Assembly (NCBI GenBank): GCA_943349395.1
Contig: CALQZH010000003.1
Coordinates: 3,688-59,808 of the forward strand
Length of the DNA stretch: 56,121 nucleotides
Source: Parcubacteria group bacterium
GTDB lineage: Bacteria > Patescibacteriota > Minisyncoccia > UBA6257 > UBA11618
Direction of reading: 5' to 3'
Both the position numbers and the translations under genes were made by a program. Position 1 is the stretch's first letter, and each line of letters starts with the position of its first letter. This document shows positions 8,338-17,363 of the stretch, piece after piece. Under the pieces are notes generated by a model. The model worked only from the letters and a program-made list of their open reading frames with translations, did no database searches and was not told the origin of the DNA.

Positions 8338-9312
8338 CTATTCGGCAGCTTCGAGCGCGGCGATTCCTGGTAGGATCGCTCCCGAAAGGAAAGCGAGCAT
8401 GGCGCCTCCTCCCGTCGAGACGAAGCCGAATTTCCCGAGCATGCCATGGGCTTCCAGGAAATCGGCTGTATCTCCCCCGCCCGCGACGGAAAATGCGCCG
8501 CTTTCCGCGATCTTTTCGGCGATCGCGACCGATCCTCGCGCATAGCGCGGATCCTCCGCTTGCCCGACCGGGCCGCTCCATAATACCGTTTTCGCGTTTC
8601 CGATTACCTCTTCGTATATTCCGATTGTCTTCGGGCCGATGTCGAGATTTTTCCCGTTGCCCGGAACATAGTCGACGGGGAGGGAGATGTCCGCTCCGTG
8701 CGGGAGGGTTTCGCGCATGAGTTCGTAGGCGCCGCCCAAGAGGAAGCGGGCATCATGCTTCGCCAAGTTCGCTATAGTCCCTGCCTTGTCCGCTATCTTC
8801 ATTCCCCCTATCACCACGACGAAGGGCTTTTCGGGATTGTCGCGGACTCGGGAGAGATTGCCGATTTCCCTGTCCATGAGGAGTCCTGCATATGACGGCA
8901 GGAAGCGCGGAAGCCCGACGATCGACGACGATGCGCGATGGCTCGTTGCGAAGTCGTCGTTCACGTACATATCCGCCTTTCGCGCGAGTTCGCGCGCGTA
9001 TCCCTCGTCATTCTCGCCCTCCCGCGGATCGAAGCGGAGATTTTCCTGCCAATCGAGCCTTCCCCCCACGAGTTCCGAGAGCACGTCGATCGCGGGCTTT
9101 ACCGATAGGTCCGGGCTCGCGATGCCATCCGGTCGTCCTTTGTGGCCTATCACGATAGGCTTCGCTCCGCTTCCTATGAGGAATTTGAGCGTGGGAAGGA
9201 CTGATAGCAGACGGAACGATCCAGCATGAGGATGGGCGATATCGAGATTCACCCGTACGAGGCAGGTCTTTCCCGCGAGCTCGCGCGGGCGGATATCGGT
9301 CAGGAGACGCAT
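8338..9312 (-). CDS. pgk: Phosphoglycerate kinase (short form, 324 aa)
   Basis: [41 protein letters not shown] and STGGGA motifs appear in canonical order. Confidence 0.85.
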   Translation of the reverse strand: MRLLTDIRPRELAGKTCLVRVNLDIAHPHAGSFRLLSVLPTLKFLIGSGAKPIVIGHKGRPDGIASPDLSVKPAIDVLSELVGGRLDWQENLRFDPREGENDEGYARELARKADMYVNDDFATSHRASSSIVGLPRFLPSYAGLLMDREIGNLSRVRDNPEKPFVVVIGGMKIADKAGTIANLAKHDARFLLGGAYELMRETLPHGADISLPVDYVPGNGKNLDIGPKTIGIYEEVIGNAKTVLWSGPVGQAEDPRYARGSVAIAEKIAESGAFSVAGGGDTADFLEAHGMLGKFGFVSTGGGAMLAFLSGAILPGIAALEAAE

Positions 9313-9393
9313 TCCTTCATCTTACCCGATCCTCCGCAGTTCTCCGAGCGGCTTGATTTCCTGCCCTGTTCGGTGGTATTATGCAGGTTACTT

Positions 9394-9681
9394 ATGGCCC
9401 ATACAAAATCCCTCGGATCCACCAAGCTTGGCAGGGATTCCGAGTCCAAGCGCTTAGGAGTCAAACGGAACCAGAACCAGATGGTCGGTCCCGGCGAAAT
9501 CATAATCCGCCAGCGCGGCAGCCATTATCTTGCCGGCACGAACGTCATGCGCGGCTCCGACGATACCTTGTATGCCAAGGTTGCGGGAACGGTCAATTTC
9601 ACGACCAAGAAGAAGATACGCTTCGACGGCTCGCGCCGCATGGCAAAGGTGGTCAGCGTAGTCGCTCCCGTCGCCGCATAG
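9394..9681 (+). CDS. rpmA: 50S ribosomal protein L27
   Basis: [24 protein letters not shown]...IIIRQRG is the L27 signature. ATG at 9394. Confidence 0.9.
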   Translation: MAHTKSLGSTKLGRDSESKRLGVKRNQNQMVGPGEIIIRQRGSHYLAGTNVMRGSDDTLYAKVAGTVNFTTKKKIRFDGSRRMAKVVSVVAPVAA

Positions 9682-9763
9682 AACCTATCTCATAATCCCC
9701 TCGAACCGCGTTGCGAGGCGGCTGTGCCGCTATCGCGGCCGAGGAGATTATGAGAAAGGTTCT
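9680..9763. other. 84-nt extended hairpin immediately 3' of rpmA
   Basis: Arms AGAACCTATCTCATAATCCCCTCG and CGAGGAGATTATGAGAAAGGTTCT pair with 2 mismatches. They enclose nested CCGCG/CGCGG and GCGGC/GCCGC helices. Confidence 0.6.
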
Positions 9764-9766
9764 ATT

Positions 9767-9799
9767 AAAAAAGATCCCCCGGTAAGGGGATCTTTTTTA
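9767..9799. terminator. Bidirectional intrinsic terminator (rpmA / rplI)
   Basis: AAGATCCCC-N6-GGGGATCTT flanked by an A-run and a T-run. Confidence 0.75.
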
Positions 9800-10222
9800 T
9801 CCTGTCGTACGTACCGTGAGGTTCGCTTCCACGCCGTGCGCGAAGTGCACGATCGCTGCATGGTCGCCGATCGTTCGGATCGGATGCTCGAGATCCACCC
9901 GCCGGATCTCCGGACATCCTTGTTCGCCGAGGGCTTTCGCTATGTCGTCTTTCGTTATCGAGTCGAATACCTCGCCATGCTTCCCGGTTTTCAAGAGCAT
10001 CACGAGCGGCTCCTTCATTATTTTTTTTGCCTCCGCTTCGAGGCGCGTGATGCCCGCCGCTTCGTCCTTCACACGCGCCGCGTGCTTCGCGAGCTCTCCT
10101 GGGGTCGCGGGAATCCCCAGCTTCTTGGGGAATAGGAAGTTCGAAGCGTAACCGTCGGATACGTTCACGAGGGCATTCTTCTTGCCTACGCCCTTGATAT
10201 CCTGCAGGAGCACTACTTTCAT
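9797..10222 (-). CDS. rplI: 50S ribosomal protein L9
   Basis: MKVVLLQDIKGVGKKNALVNVSDGYASNFLFPKKL is the L9 N-terminal signature. Confidence 0.9.
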   Translation of the reverse strand: MKVVLLQDIKGVGKKNALVNVSDGYASNFLFPKKLGIPATPGELAKHAARVKDEAAGITRLEAEAKKIMKEPLVMLLKTGKHGEVFDSITKDDIAKALGEQGCPEIRRVDLEHPIRTIGDHAAIVHFAHGVEANLTVRTTG

Positions 10223-11439
10223 AGCTTTGCGCGCACCAGTTCCAGGGCTTTTTCGAGCTGGGGGTCGCGTTTCTTTTCCCGATCCTCGTCCGAAATCTTC
10301 ACTGCCACGTCGGGAACGATGCCGTTCTTGTCTATCTGCGTACCTTTCGGAAGTATCCAGTGGGCTATGGTCAGTTTCAGCTCCGAGCCGTCCCTGAGCG
10401 TCGTGAGCTCCTGGACGGTTCCTTTGCCGAAGCTCTTCTCCCCGACTATCGGCGCCTTCACGTCGTCTTTCAGGGCTCCGGCAAGGATTTCGCTCGCTGA
10501 CGCGGAACCGGCGTTCATGAGTATCGCTATCGGCAGGCCTGCCACTATCGGCGTTCCTTCGGTTTCGAACGAGTCCTTCCTCCCGTTCCTGAATTCCTCG
10601 AATATTACCGTCTGGCCCGGATTCATGAAATAGCCGGCAATCGCTATCGCCGCATCGAGATATCCTCCCGGGTTATTGCGCATGTCGAGGACGATGCCTT
10701 TCGCGCCCGCCGCCTTCGCCTCGTAGAGGGCGTTTCTCATGAGCGCGGCGGAATTCTCGCTGAACGTGAAGAGCTGTATGTGGGCGACATTTCCCTCTTT
10801 CATTTTCCATTCGAGCACGGGTATCGCGATCGTATCCCTCGTGACGCGTATCGTCAGGGGCTTTTCCTTCCCGTTCCTGCCGACCGTGAAATTCACCGCC
10901 GTCCCTTTCGGCCCGCGTATCATCTTCACCGCGTCGTTGATCGCCAGGCCCGCGGTCGAGCTGGCATTGATCTCGAGCAGCTTGTCGCCGCTTATGAGCC
11001 CCGCTTTTTCTGCCGGCGAATCCTTGAGCGGCGCGATCACGATGAGCTGATCGTTCTTGATTCCGATTTCCGCCCCTATGCCGCCGAAATTCCCGTTCAA
11101 GTCTTCGGAGAAGCGCTTCGAGTCGTCGGGCGTCATGAAGACCGAGTAGGGGTCCTTGAGCGCGGCGACGAGGCCGCTTGTCGCGCCATAGGTGAGGTCG
11201 CGGTTCTTCAGCTGTCCCGCCCTCAGGTATGACCCTTCGATGCCTTTCCATGCGTCCCAGAATATCGCGAAATCTCCCGCGTTGACCGCGTCGCTTGCCG
11301 TATTCGCCACGCCCCGTATGACCACCGTCTTCGGATGAGCCGTGCCGATCCCGTATCCCATCACTCCTGATACGCTTATCGCGAGAATGATGATAATCGC
11401 CCGCGCGAAGCGCGGGCGCATGCCGTCCGAGTAATTCAT
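10219..11439 (-). CDS. Carboxy-terminal processing (S41) peptidase with PDZ domain
   Basis: GGIGAEIG...PAEKAGL (PDZ), DMRNNPGGYL and GSASASEILAGAL (S41 catalytic Ser region). Start set at MNYSDGMRPRFARAIIIIL before the TM anchor; the exact start is uncertain. Confidence 0.85.
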   Translation of the reverse strand: MNYSDGMRPRFARAIIIILAISVSGVMGYGIGTAHPKTVVIRGVANTASDAVNAGDFAIFWDAWKGIEGSYLRAGQLKNRDLTYGATSGLVAALKDPYSVFMTPDDSKRFSEDLNGNFGGIGAEIGIKNDQLIVIAPLKDSPAEKAGLISGDKLLEINASSTAGLAINDAVKMIRGPKGTAVNFTVGRNGKEKPLTIRVTRDTIAIPVLEWKMKEGNVAHIQLFTFSENSAALMRNALYEAKAAGAKGIVLDMRNNPGGYLDAAIAIAGYFMNPGQTVIFEEFRNGRKDSFETEGTPIVAGLPIAILMNAGSASASEILAGALKDDVKAPIVGEKSFGKGTVQELTTLRDGSELKLTIAHWILPKGTQIDKNGIVPDVAVKISDEDREKKRDPQLEKALELVRAKL

Positions 11440-11525
11440 CCGCTTTATGATAGCGCTTACTCCGCTTTCTGCGCAATGAAACATCGTTTGATTTTTGAGC
11501 CGATTCGTGGCATAGTATATCGCAT

Positions 11526-11828
11526 ATGGAAGCCCTTTCCGGCATGACGGGCGATTATCTGAAGGCTGCCAAGCGCCGCGCCATCGAATCGAAGGCATAT
11601 AGCGCTTTCCAGCTCATCGGGCTCGAGCTCGCGACCATACTCGGCGATCGCGCGCATACGCCCTTGTATATCAAGATCGCGAAGGATAATCCCGACCATC
11701 ATCGTCTCATGATCCTCGCGAAGGACATTGCCGGGAAGCCCTCCGTGCACAATAAGGGAGCCTATTTCATGCGGCTCCTGTTCAAGAATGACGATAATGG
11801 AAAAAAGGATACTCTCGATACGAAATAA
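11526..11828 (+). CDS. Hypothetical protein
   Basis: 100-aa ORF with an ATG start and normal amino-acid composition, lying upstream of def. I recognise no family. Confidence 0.45.
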   Translation: MEALSGMTGDYLKAAKRRAIESKAYSAFQLIGLELATILGDRAHTPLYIKIAKDNPDHHRLMILAKDIAGKPSVHNKGAYFMRLLFKNDDNGKKDTLDTK

Positions 11829-12279
11829 GGAGGACGCGATAGTCTTGCGGCAGACCGTCGCCGCATTCGACTTCTCGAAATTCACGAAGAAGGAGATACG
11901 CGAGCTCGTGAAGGCGATGCGGATAACCATGAAGGCCGCGGATGGCGTGGGGCTCTCGGCGAATCAGATCGGGCTCAATCTCTCGCTTTTCATCGCGCAG
12001 ACGGGATCGGCCAAGGTACATGCGGTATTCAATCCGAAGATCGTGAAGGCCGCTCCCGATGAAGACGAGATGGAGGAGGGATGCCTGTCGGTTCCCGGAA
12101 CGTTCGGCCTCGTGCGTCGTCCGACGAAAGTCTGGGTCGAGGGGCAGGATGCGGACGGCAAGAGGGTCCGGCTCCGCGCGACCGGCTTTCTTGCGCGCGT
12201 CTTCCAGCACGAGATCGATCACTTGAACGGCGTCCTTTTCATCGACAAGGCCAAGGATGTGCGGACGGTCATGTCGTGA
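11797..12279 (+). CDS. def: Peptide deformylase
   Basis: GVGLSANQIG, EGCLSVPG and HEIDHLNG metal-binding motifs. Start at MEKRILSI. Confidence 0.9.
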   Translation: MEKRILSIRNKEDAIVLRQTVAAFDFSKFTKKEIRELVKAMRITMKAADGVGLSANQIGLNLSLFIAQTGSAKVHAVFNPKIVKAAPDEDEMEEGCLSVPGTFGLVRRPTKVWVEGQDADGKRVRLRATGFLARVFQHEIDHLNGVLFIDKAKDVRTVMS

Positions 12280-12280
12280 T

Positions 12281-13096
12281 ATGAACTATATTTTTTTCGG
12301 GACGCCGGCATTCGCCGCAACCATACTCGAGAAGCTCGTCCGTGCCGGCATGCCGCCGGTCGCCCTCGTCACGAATCCCGATCGGCCGCGCGGCAGGAAG
12401 AAGACCATGTCTCCTCCGCCCGTGAAGGAGCTCGTCCTGGGACTCGGGGCGGGCATCGACGTGCTCCAGCCGGAGCAGCTCGACAGCGCGTTCATCGCCC
12501 AGCTTGCGGCATATCGCGCCGACTGCGGCGTTCTTGCCGCATATGGTAGGATCCTTCCGCAGGAGATCTTCGCCATTTTCCCCAAGGGCATCGCGGTCGT
12601 GCATCCCTCCCTTTTGCCCCGGTATCGCGGCGCGACCCCGATCCAGGGCCCGATCCTCGCGGGAGATTCGGAAACGGGAACGACGCTGTTTTTGATGGAC
12701 GAGAAAGTCGATCACGGCCCCCTGATCGCCTCGCGGCCGGTCGCTTTGCGCGGCGACGAGACCTATGCGACTCTCGCGCGGACGCTTGCCGAGGCGAGTG
12801 CCGACTTGATCGCCGCATCCCTTCCCGGCTACGTTTCGGGCGCGATCATGCCGCAGGCGCAAGACGAGTCGCTCGCCACGTATACCAAGAAAGTTTCAGG
12901 AACGGACGGATTCGTCGACCTGGACAAGGATTCTCCCGAGACGGTTTGGCGCATGGTGCGCGCGCTGAATCCCGAGCCGGGTGTCTGGACCATGAAGGAT
13001 GGGAAGCGCATGAAGATCCTCGAGGCGGATCTCGTAGGCGGCAAGCTCGTCATCCGGCAATTCCAATTCGAAGGAGGCGTACCCCGCACGAATTAA
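12281..13096 (+). CDS. fmt: Methionyl-tRNA formyltransferase (short C-terminal domain)
   Basis: MNYIFFGTPAFA, VTNPDRPRGRKK and HPSLLPRYRGATPIQ motifs. def-fmt gene order. Confidence 0.9.
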   Translation: MNYIFFGTPAFAATILEKLVRAGMPPVALVTNPDRPRGRKKTMSPPPVKELVLGLGAGIDVLQPEQLDSAFIAQLAAYRADCGVLAAYGRILPQEIFAIFPKGIAVVHPSLLPRYRGATPIQGPILAGDSETGTTLFLMDEKVDHGPLIASRPVALRGDETYATLARTLAEASADLIAASLPGYVSGAIMPQAQDESLATYTKKVSGTDGFVDLDKDSPETVWRMVRALNPEPGVWTMKDGKRMKILEADLVGGKLVIRQFQFEGGVPRTN

Positions 13097-13120
13097 TCTT
13101 ATTTTCATACCGAGGGAATA

Positions 13121-13169
13121 TTGACATATATAATAAATCATGTTACATTATATATGTTGAATATATAAT
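13121..13169 (+). promoter_or_regulatory. AT-rich promoter region overlapped by an 11-bp inverted repeat
   Basis: TTGACA (13121)-17 nt-TACATT (13144) and a perfect TATAAT at 13164. The inverted repeat is ACATATATAAT (13124-13134) / ATTATATATGT (13147-13157). Confidence 0.5.
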
Positions 13170-13210
13170 GGGGTATTAGGCATATCTCAAATCAAGGGAG
13201 GGATTCGCCG

Positions 13211-13423
13211 ATGGTTCTTTTCGTGAGGGGTTTGAAAATGGTCAGTCGGGCATGCGCATGCGTGGCGTGCCCGGACTGTCGGGCAGAATTCACGGTCGTG
13301 AGGATCGTGTCGATTCTGCCGGCCGCCGACCCCGCCATCAATCTTGGCTCGTGGACATGTACCGCGTGCTTTCAGGGATCGCACTGGCGCTTGGATGCGG
13401 ACGAAGGGAGCTCTTTACTGTGA
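13211..13423 (+). CDS. Small zinc-ribbon-like protein
   Basis: 70-aa ORF. GGGAGG Shine-Dalgarno sequence 8 nt upstream of the ATG. CxxCxxC (CVACPDC) plus CxxC (CTAC) pairs. Confidence 0.45.
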   Translation: MVLFVRGLKMVSRACACVACPDCRAEFTVVRIVSILPAADPAINLGSWTCTACFQGSHWRLDADEGSSLL

Positions 13424-13478
13424 TCAGGATGGGGTTTGAGACGGATAGTTTTTTCCGGGCACACGCGGCCCGGACTTT

Positions 13479-14084
13479 TTATTTTATACGAGACTCTGCA
13501 AAACTCCAATTCACGATATTCCAGAAACCCGCGATATAATCCGCACGGCGATTTTGATGCTTTAGGTAGTAGGCGTGCTCCCAGACGTCGAGGCCGATAA
13601 TAGGCATGAGGCCTTGCATGAGCGGGCTGTCCTGGTTCGGCGTCGTGATCAGCTTCAGTTCGCTCCTCTCATCTTTCACTAACCATATCCAGCCGCTGCC
13701 GAAAAGACCGAGTGCATCTTTCCCGAATTGTTCCTTGAGCGCGTCGAAGCTGCCGAATGTCGCGGCTATCTTTCCGGCCAGGACCCCTTCCGGCGCATTG
13801 CCTTCCTTTCCCGGGCGGAGCATTTGCCAGAACAGGGAGTGGTTATGGTGCCCGCCGCCCTGGTTTTTGACCGCCGTGCGGATTTTAGGAGGGATCGCGT
13901 CCAGCTTCCCCAGGAGAGATTCGAGGGGGATGTCCGCGCATGATGGCTCTTTCTCGAGCGCTTCGTTCAGCTTCGCGACGTATGTCGCGTGATGCTTCCC
14001 GTGGTGGAGCTCCATCGTCTTCGCGTCGACGAAGGGCTCGAGCGCGTCATATGCGTATGGGAGAGGCGGGAGTTCGTATTTCAT
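13479..14084 (-). CDS. Fe/Mn superoxide dismutase
   Basis: LPPLPYAYDALEP, HHGKHH and DVWEHAYYL motifs. Confidence 0.9.
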   Translation of the reverse strand: MKYELPPLPYAYDALEPFVDAKTMELHHGKHHATYVAKLNEALEKEPSCADIPLESLLGKLDAIPPKIRTAVKNQGGGHHNHSLFWQMLRPGKEGNAPEGVLAGKIAATFGSFDALKEQFGKDALGLFGSGWIWLVKDERSELKLITTPNQDSPLMQGLMPIIGLDVWEHAYYLKHQNRRADYIAGFWNIVNWSFAESRIK

Positions 14085-14548
14085 TTCTTTTTCCCTTCGG
14101 GCGCCTTATAGCTCACGATGATCTGCTGCTTGTCTTCCAAGACGAGCTTTGCCGGGTCGCCGGTCGTTGCGCGGCCATTCACCGTCATCGAGACGAAATT
14201 GGCCGTGACGAGGGGCCTTCCCCATACGCTGAAAAAATCTCCCAGCGTATAGGCGCGCGCGTCCTGCGCCTCGACGTGCATAGTGCCCGTCGTGTCGTGC
14301 GTGTGGAGCGCGTGCTCGCAGGAGGCGCTTATGCCGATATCCTTCGGGAGGGTCGCCGGCACGCCGTTTATGACGATCTGGAGCATCGCGTGCAGGTGCT
14401 GCTTCAAGGGCATGTTCGGCGCGAGGCAGGGCACGGGCTTCATCTTCTCTTCCATGGCTACTTGGGGCTTCTTCCCGGCTATTCCGGCAAGTGCGAGGAG
14501 GACTATGGCCGTTGCCGCTATCGCAAAGAGGAGTTTGTCTTTATGCAT
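14081..14548 (-). CDS. Membrane-anchored hypothetical protein
   Basis: Start at MHKDKLLFAIAATAIVLLALAG (signal anchor). 4-nt overlap with sod. No family recognised. Confidence 0.6.
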   Translation of the reverse strand: MHKDKLLFAIAATAIVLLALAGIAGKKPQVAMEEKMKPVPCLAPNMPLKQHLHAMLQIVINGVPATLPKDIGISASCEHALHTHDTTGTMHVEAQDARAYTLGDFFSVWGRPLVTANFVSMTVNGRATTGDPAKLVLEDKQQIIVSYKAPEGKKK

Positions 14549-14608
14549 GATTTTCACTATACTATCATGATGTCCGGGGGGCAATCGAGCGTTCCCTGTC
14601 TCACATAT

Positions 14609-14679
14609 TCCGGGATCGTCTAATGGTAGGACGCATGGCTCTGAACCATGAAATCGGGGTTCGATCCCCTGTCCCGGAA
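14609..14679 (+). tRNA. tRNA-Gln (anticodon CTG)
   Basis: Acceptor TCCGGGA/TCCCGGA, anticodon arm CATGG-CTCTGAA-CCATG, T arm CGGGG-TTCGATC-CCCTG. Confidence 0.85.
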
Positions 14680-14850
14680 CAATAGTAAGAAAGCACTCCG
14701 TTGTAGTGCTTTCTTAATACTGTCTTCGGAGCGGGATCGAACCCGTAGGGCCCCCGTTTTCAAGGAGGCTTTCAGCCGACTATGAAAAAGGGATGTCTCG
14801 ACCGATCCGCCTCCGCCAGCTGGCGGATGACGGAGGCGGAGAGGAAGAGG

Positions 14851-14868
14851 CGATCCCCTGTCCCGGAA
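14851..14868 (+). repeat. 18-bp direct repeat of the tRNA-Gln 3' end (att-like scar)
   Basis: CGATCCCCTGTCCCGGAA is identical at 14662-14679 and 14851-14868. Confidence 0.8.
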
Positions 14869-14923
14869 TATGCTATATTTCTAAAGTAAGGCGTTTTGAA
14901 TTTATACTATCAAAATATTTTTT

Positions 14924-15532
14924 ATGGATCATTCTCAGGTAAAAAGCAATCCCCTTTTTAGTGGGTGGCGAATGATGGTATTTGTATTATGCATAATTCT
15001 TATTATCGGAGGTTTTTATTTTCTAGATTTCTTCTTTTTTTTGAATATATTTACCCCTAGAATGTCGGATGTTGAAAGATCGGCAATCTTTAACGAGGCA
15101 GTCTTACGGAAAGATTTATCTTTATGCAATAAACTGCCTGAAGTAGAGTGGGTTAATCATCCACGAGACGCTTGCATTGTAAATGTTTTAGTTGCGATTG
15201 GGGATGGAAATTTATGCAATAATCGCCGTTATAGCCAGGATTGTATTGAGCGAATAGCGATCGCAAAATCTGATGTACGTGAATGTCATAAAATAAACCA
15301 CGAAATCTATCGTAGTGATAATGAGCGGGAATTATTTATAAGTAGTTGTTATTATTTAGTCATTGTTGGAAATCATAGATTCGATGATTGTAATATTTTG
15401 ACAATTCAGGATACTGATCGTTGCTATCACGAAGCCGCTATGTATAGGAAAGATATTTTAGTATGTCAAAAAATCAAAGAAATTGATCTGCGGAATACTT
15501 GTATATCGGACATAAAAATGTATTTTAACTAG
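14924..15532 (+). CDS. Low-GC membrane-anchored protein with five Cys-pair repeats
   Basis: 202-aa ORF in a sharply AT-rich segment. N-terminal TM helix followed by five C-x(8-20)-C modules. Confidence 0.65.
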   Translation: MDHSQVKSNPLFSGWRMMVFVLCIILIIGGFYFLDFFFFLNIFTPRMSDVERSAIFNEAVLRKDLSLCNKLPEVEWVNHPRDACIVNVLVAIGDGNLCNNRRYSQDCIERIAIAKSDVRECHKINHEIYRSDNERELFISSCYYLVIVGNHRFDDCNILTIQDTDRCYHEAAMYRKDILVCQKIKEIDLRNTCISDIKMYFN

Positions 15533-15642
15533 TTTAATTCCGTCTGGCTTGTCGACCGAAGGTTAATCGACTTTTCAATAAAAACGTGCTATTATAGTGC
15601 ACGTACATTACCAACCAACCTTTTTCCTCCGGAGGTGCCATC

Positions 15643-16302
15643 GTGGCGCGATCCCCGTCTTTTGGTGCGCTCGTCGTGTTCGCTTTCAGCATAGGCGGAT
15701 ACGTTCCGCTCTCGATCGGCGGGTGGCAGCACCCGTCCGAGATGAATCTCGCCGCATACGGCATTTGGCTCATCATCGCCGCTCTCCTCGTCTATTCCTC
15801 ATGGAAGCAGGGTTTCGCCGGATTGCTCTTGCCGTTCGGCTTTTGCGTCGGGAATTCGTGGATGCTTGCCTTGGGCCTATGGCGCGGCGGCTACACCTTC
15901 AATCTCGGGCAGGCGGAAGCTTTCGCCCTCTACGGCCTCGTCCTCACCCTTTCCCTATGGGCCGCAGTGGGAACGAAGACCGGCACCTGGAGCCCCCGGA
16001 TTCTCTATCTCGGCGCCATTTCCGCCGAGGCCATCTCGTACTATCCGCAGTGGAAGCAGTACCTCGTTTCGCATGAGCGGCCGACCTGGTGGCTCCTTGC
16101 CGGATGGTGCATTTCGATGACGGGAGTACTCGTCAACATCGTCTTCGTCGAGGGGCTTCCCGGGAAGTTCATGATGACGGACGAGCGGTATTGGCATCTC
16201 CATCCCAAAGAGAAGCGCCTCCTGCCCATTTTCGAGGAGTCGGCCTTCTCCATCGAGAATCTCACGCTCGGAAGCTTCACGATCTTCCTGATGGCTCGAT
16301 GA
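15643..16302 (+). CDS. Multi-pass membrane protein, unknown family
   Basis: 219-aa ORF. GTG start with GGAGG 7 nt upstream. About 6 hydrophobic helices. Confidence 0.7.
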   Translation: MARSPSFGALVVFAFSIGGYVPLSIGGWQHPSEMNLAAYGIWLIIAALLVYSSWKQGFAGLLLPFGFCVGNSWMLALGLWRGGYTFNLGQAEAFALYGLVLTLSLWAAVGTKTGTWSPRILYLGAISAEAISYYPQWKQYLVSHERPTWWLLAGWCISMTGVLVNIVFVEGLPGKFMMTDERYWHLHPKEKRLLPIFEESAFSIENLTLGSFTIFLMAR

Positions 16303-16327
16303 CGGCGTTCATTCCTTTCCGCACTAT

Positions 16328-16361
16328 AAAGGGCTTCGCGATTTGATCGCGAAGCCCTTTT
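16328..16361. terminator. Bidirectional intrinsic terminator
   Basis: AAAGGGCTTCGCG-N6-CGCGAAGCCCTTT. Confidence 0.75.
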
Positions 16362-16382
16362 CCATACTTCTGGTTCTTTTTC

Positions 16383-16601
16383 CTAGAGCGCGCTTACGTC
16401 CGCGTCGATTGACGTGAAATCTGCATCGTCCACGTTCACTGTATCGATGTCCGCGGTCGCCGACGGCTGGGCCGCCTGCGCTTCGGTCGAGGTCGCCGCT
16501 CCCCCTGCCGGTTCCGTCGCCACTTCGGCAGGATTCATCCATAGCCATGCTCCGAGGGCGACTACGACGACGGCGATCACTATATAGACTGTCTTGTTCA
16601 T
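16383..16601 (-). CDS. Small membrane-anchored acidic protein
   Basis: 72-aa ORF with an N-terminal TM helix and an acidic, Ala/Thr-rich tail. Last gene of the ftsEX strand block. Confidence 0.45.
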   Translation of the reverse strand: MNKTVYIVIAVVVVALGAWLWMNPAEVATEPAGGAATSTEAQAAQPSATADIDTVNVDDADFTSIDADVSAL

Positions 16602-16614
16602 CGGTTTTTTTCCG

Positions 16615-17322
16615 TTATGCCTTTTCTATCGTTTCGAGGGCTTCGCCTGCCTTATGCGCGGCATCGCGCGCGGCTTTCACGGTGTCTTGCGTCGCTTTCA
16701 GATCCGTTCGCAGGGCCTCTCGGGTCGTCGTCACGTCGGCCTTCAGATTCTTCTCATCCGTTATCGCTATCACGTACGTTTTCGCGGCCTGCGCGGCGAT
16801 CGCCGTGCGCGACGATGAGATCGCGGCCTGCGCGGCGGCCATCGCAGCCTGTGCCGCCGTCACGTCCTTTCCGGCCGCCTTCGCGGCATCGGAGCGCGTC
16901 GCCATCTTTGCGAGCGCTGCCGTGAGCTTGTCGAGTGTTTCCCCGAAATGTGCCGTCGCGTCCACGTTCACTTTGGCGACGGAGGCGTCGATGCGGCCGA
17001 CTGCCGCCTTCTTCCGCTCGTCTTTCAGGGCGCCCATGCGTGCCCTGAAATCGTCGCGCCGCGCCTGCATGCCCTCCTTCCTTTCTTCCCGCTTCGCCTG
17101 CATATTCTCCTTGCGTTCTTCCATCGCCTCTTTTCTTCCGGCTTGCGCGGCCGCGCGCATTGCCTGGTTCTCCTCCTTACGCGCCTCGCGCGCTTCCTGT
17201 ATCTCCTTCCTGACTTCCTGTCTCGGTCCCATCGGCGCCGGACTCGTGCCGTATTCCTGAGCAAACGCCCCTGAGACGAGGGTCGCGGAAATCGCCGTTC
17301 CCATTACTATCTTTTTTATCAT
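16615..17322 (-). CDS. Secreted coiled-coil protein
   Basis: Start at MIKKIVMGTAISATLVSGAFA (signal peptide). Charged E/K/R/A-rich heptad-like sequence. Immediately downstream of ftsX. Confidence 0.6.
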   Translation of the reverse strand: MIKKIVMGTAISATLVSGAFAQEYGTSPAPMGPRQEVRKEIQEAREARKEENQAMRAAAQAGRKEAMEERKENMQAKREERKEGMQARRDDFRARMGALKDERKKAAVGRIDASVAKVNVDATAHFGETLDKLTAALAKMATRSDAAKAAGKDVTAAQAAMAAAQAAISSSRTAIAAQAAKTYVIAITDEKNLKADVTTTREALRTDLKATQDTVKAARDAAHKAGEALETIEKA

Positions 17323-17363
17323 ATGGATGAGTATGCCGTTCTGCCCGGTTAAAATCAATAATC

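Noticed and set aside
7475-8581. N-terminal extensions of several ORFs: 8300-8581 of the DHH gene, 11440-11598 of the S41 protease, 36423-36485 of secD, 54483-54596 of the hydrolase and 2053-2139 of the BtpA-like gene.
   Set aside because: The extensions are R/G-rich or overlap neighbouring genes or tRNAs. Internal starts coincide with the conserved family N-termini or signal anchors.
14721-14790. Minus-strand tRNA suggested by GGGTTCGATCCCG.
   Set aside because: The T stem gives only 4 bp with a 6-nt loop. No acceptor partner or anticodon arm could be found. It is probably a decayed fragment inside the att-flanked insert.
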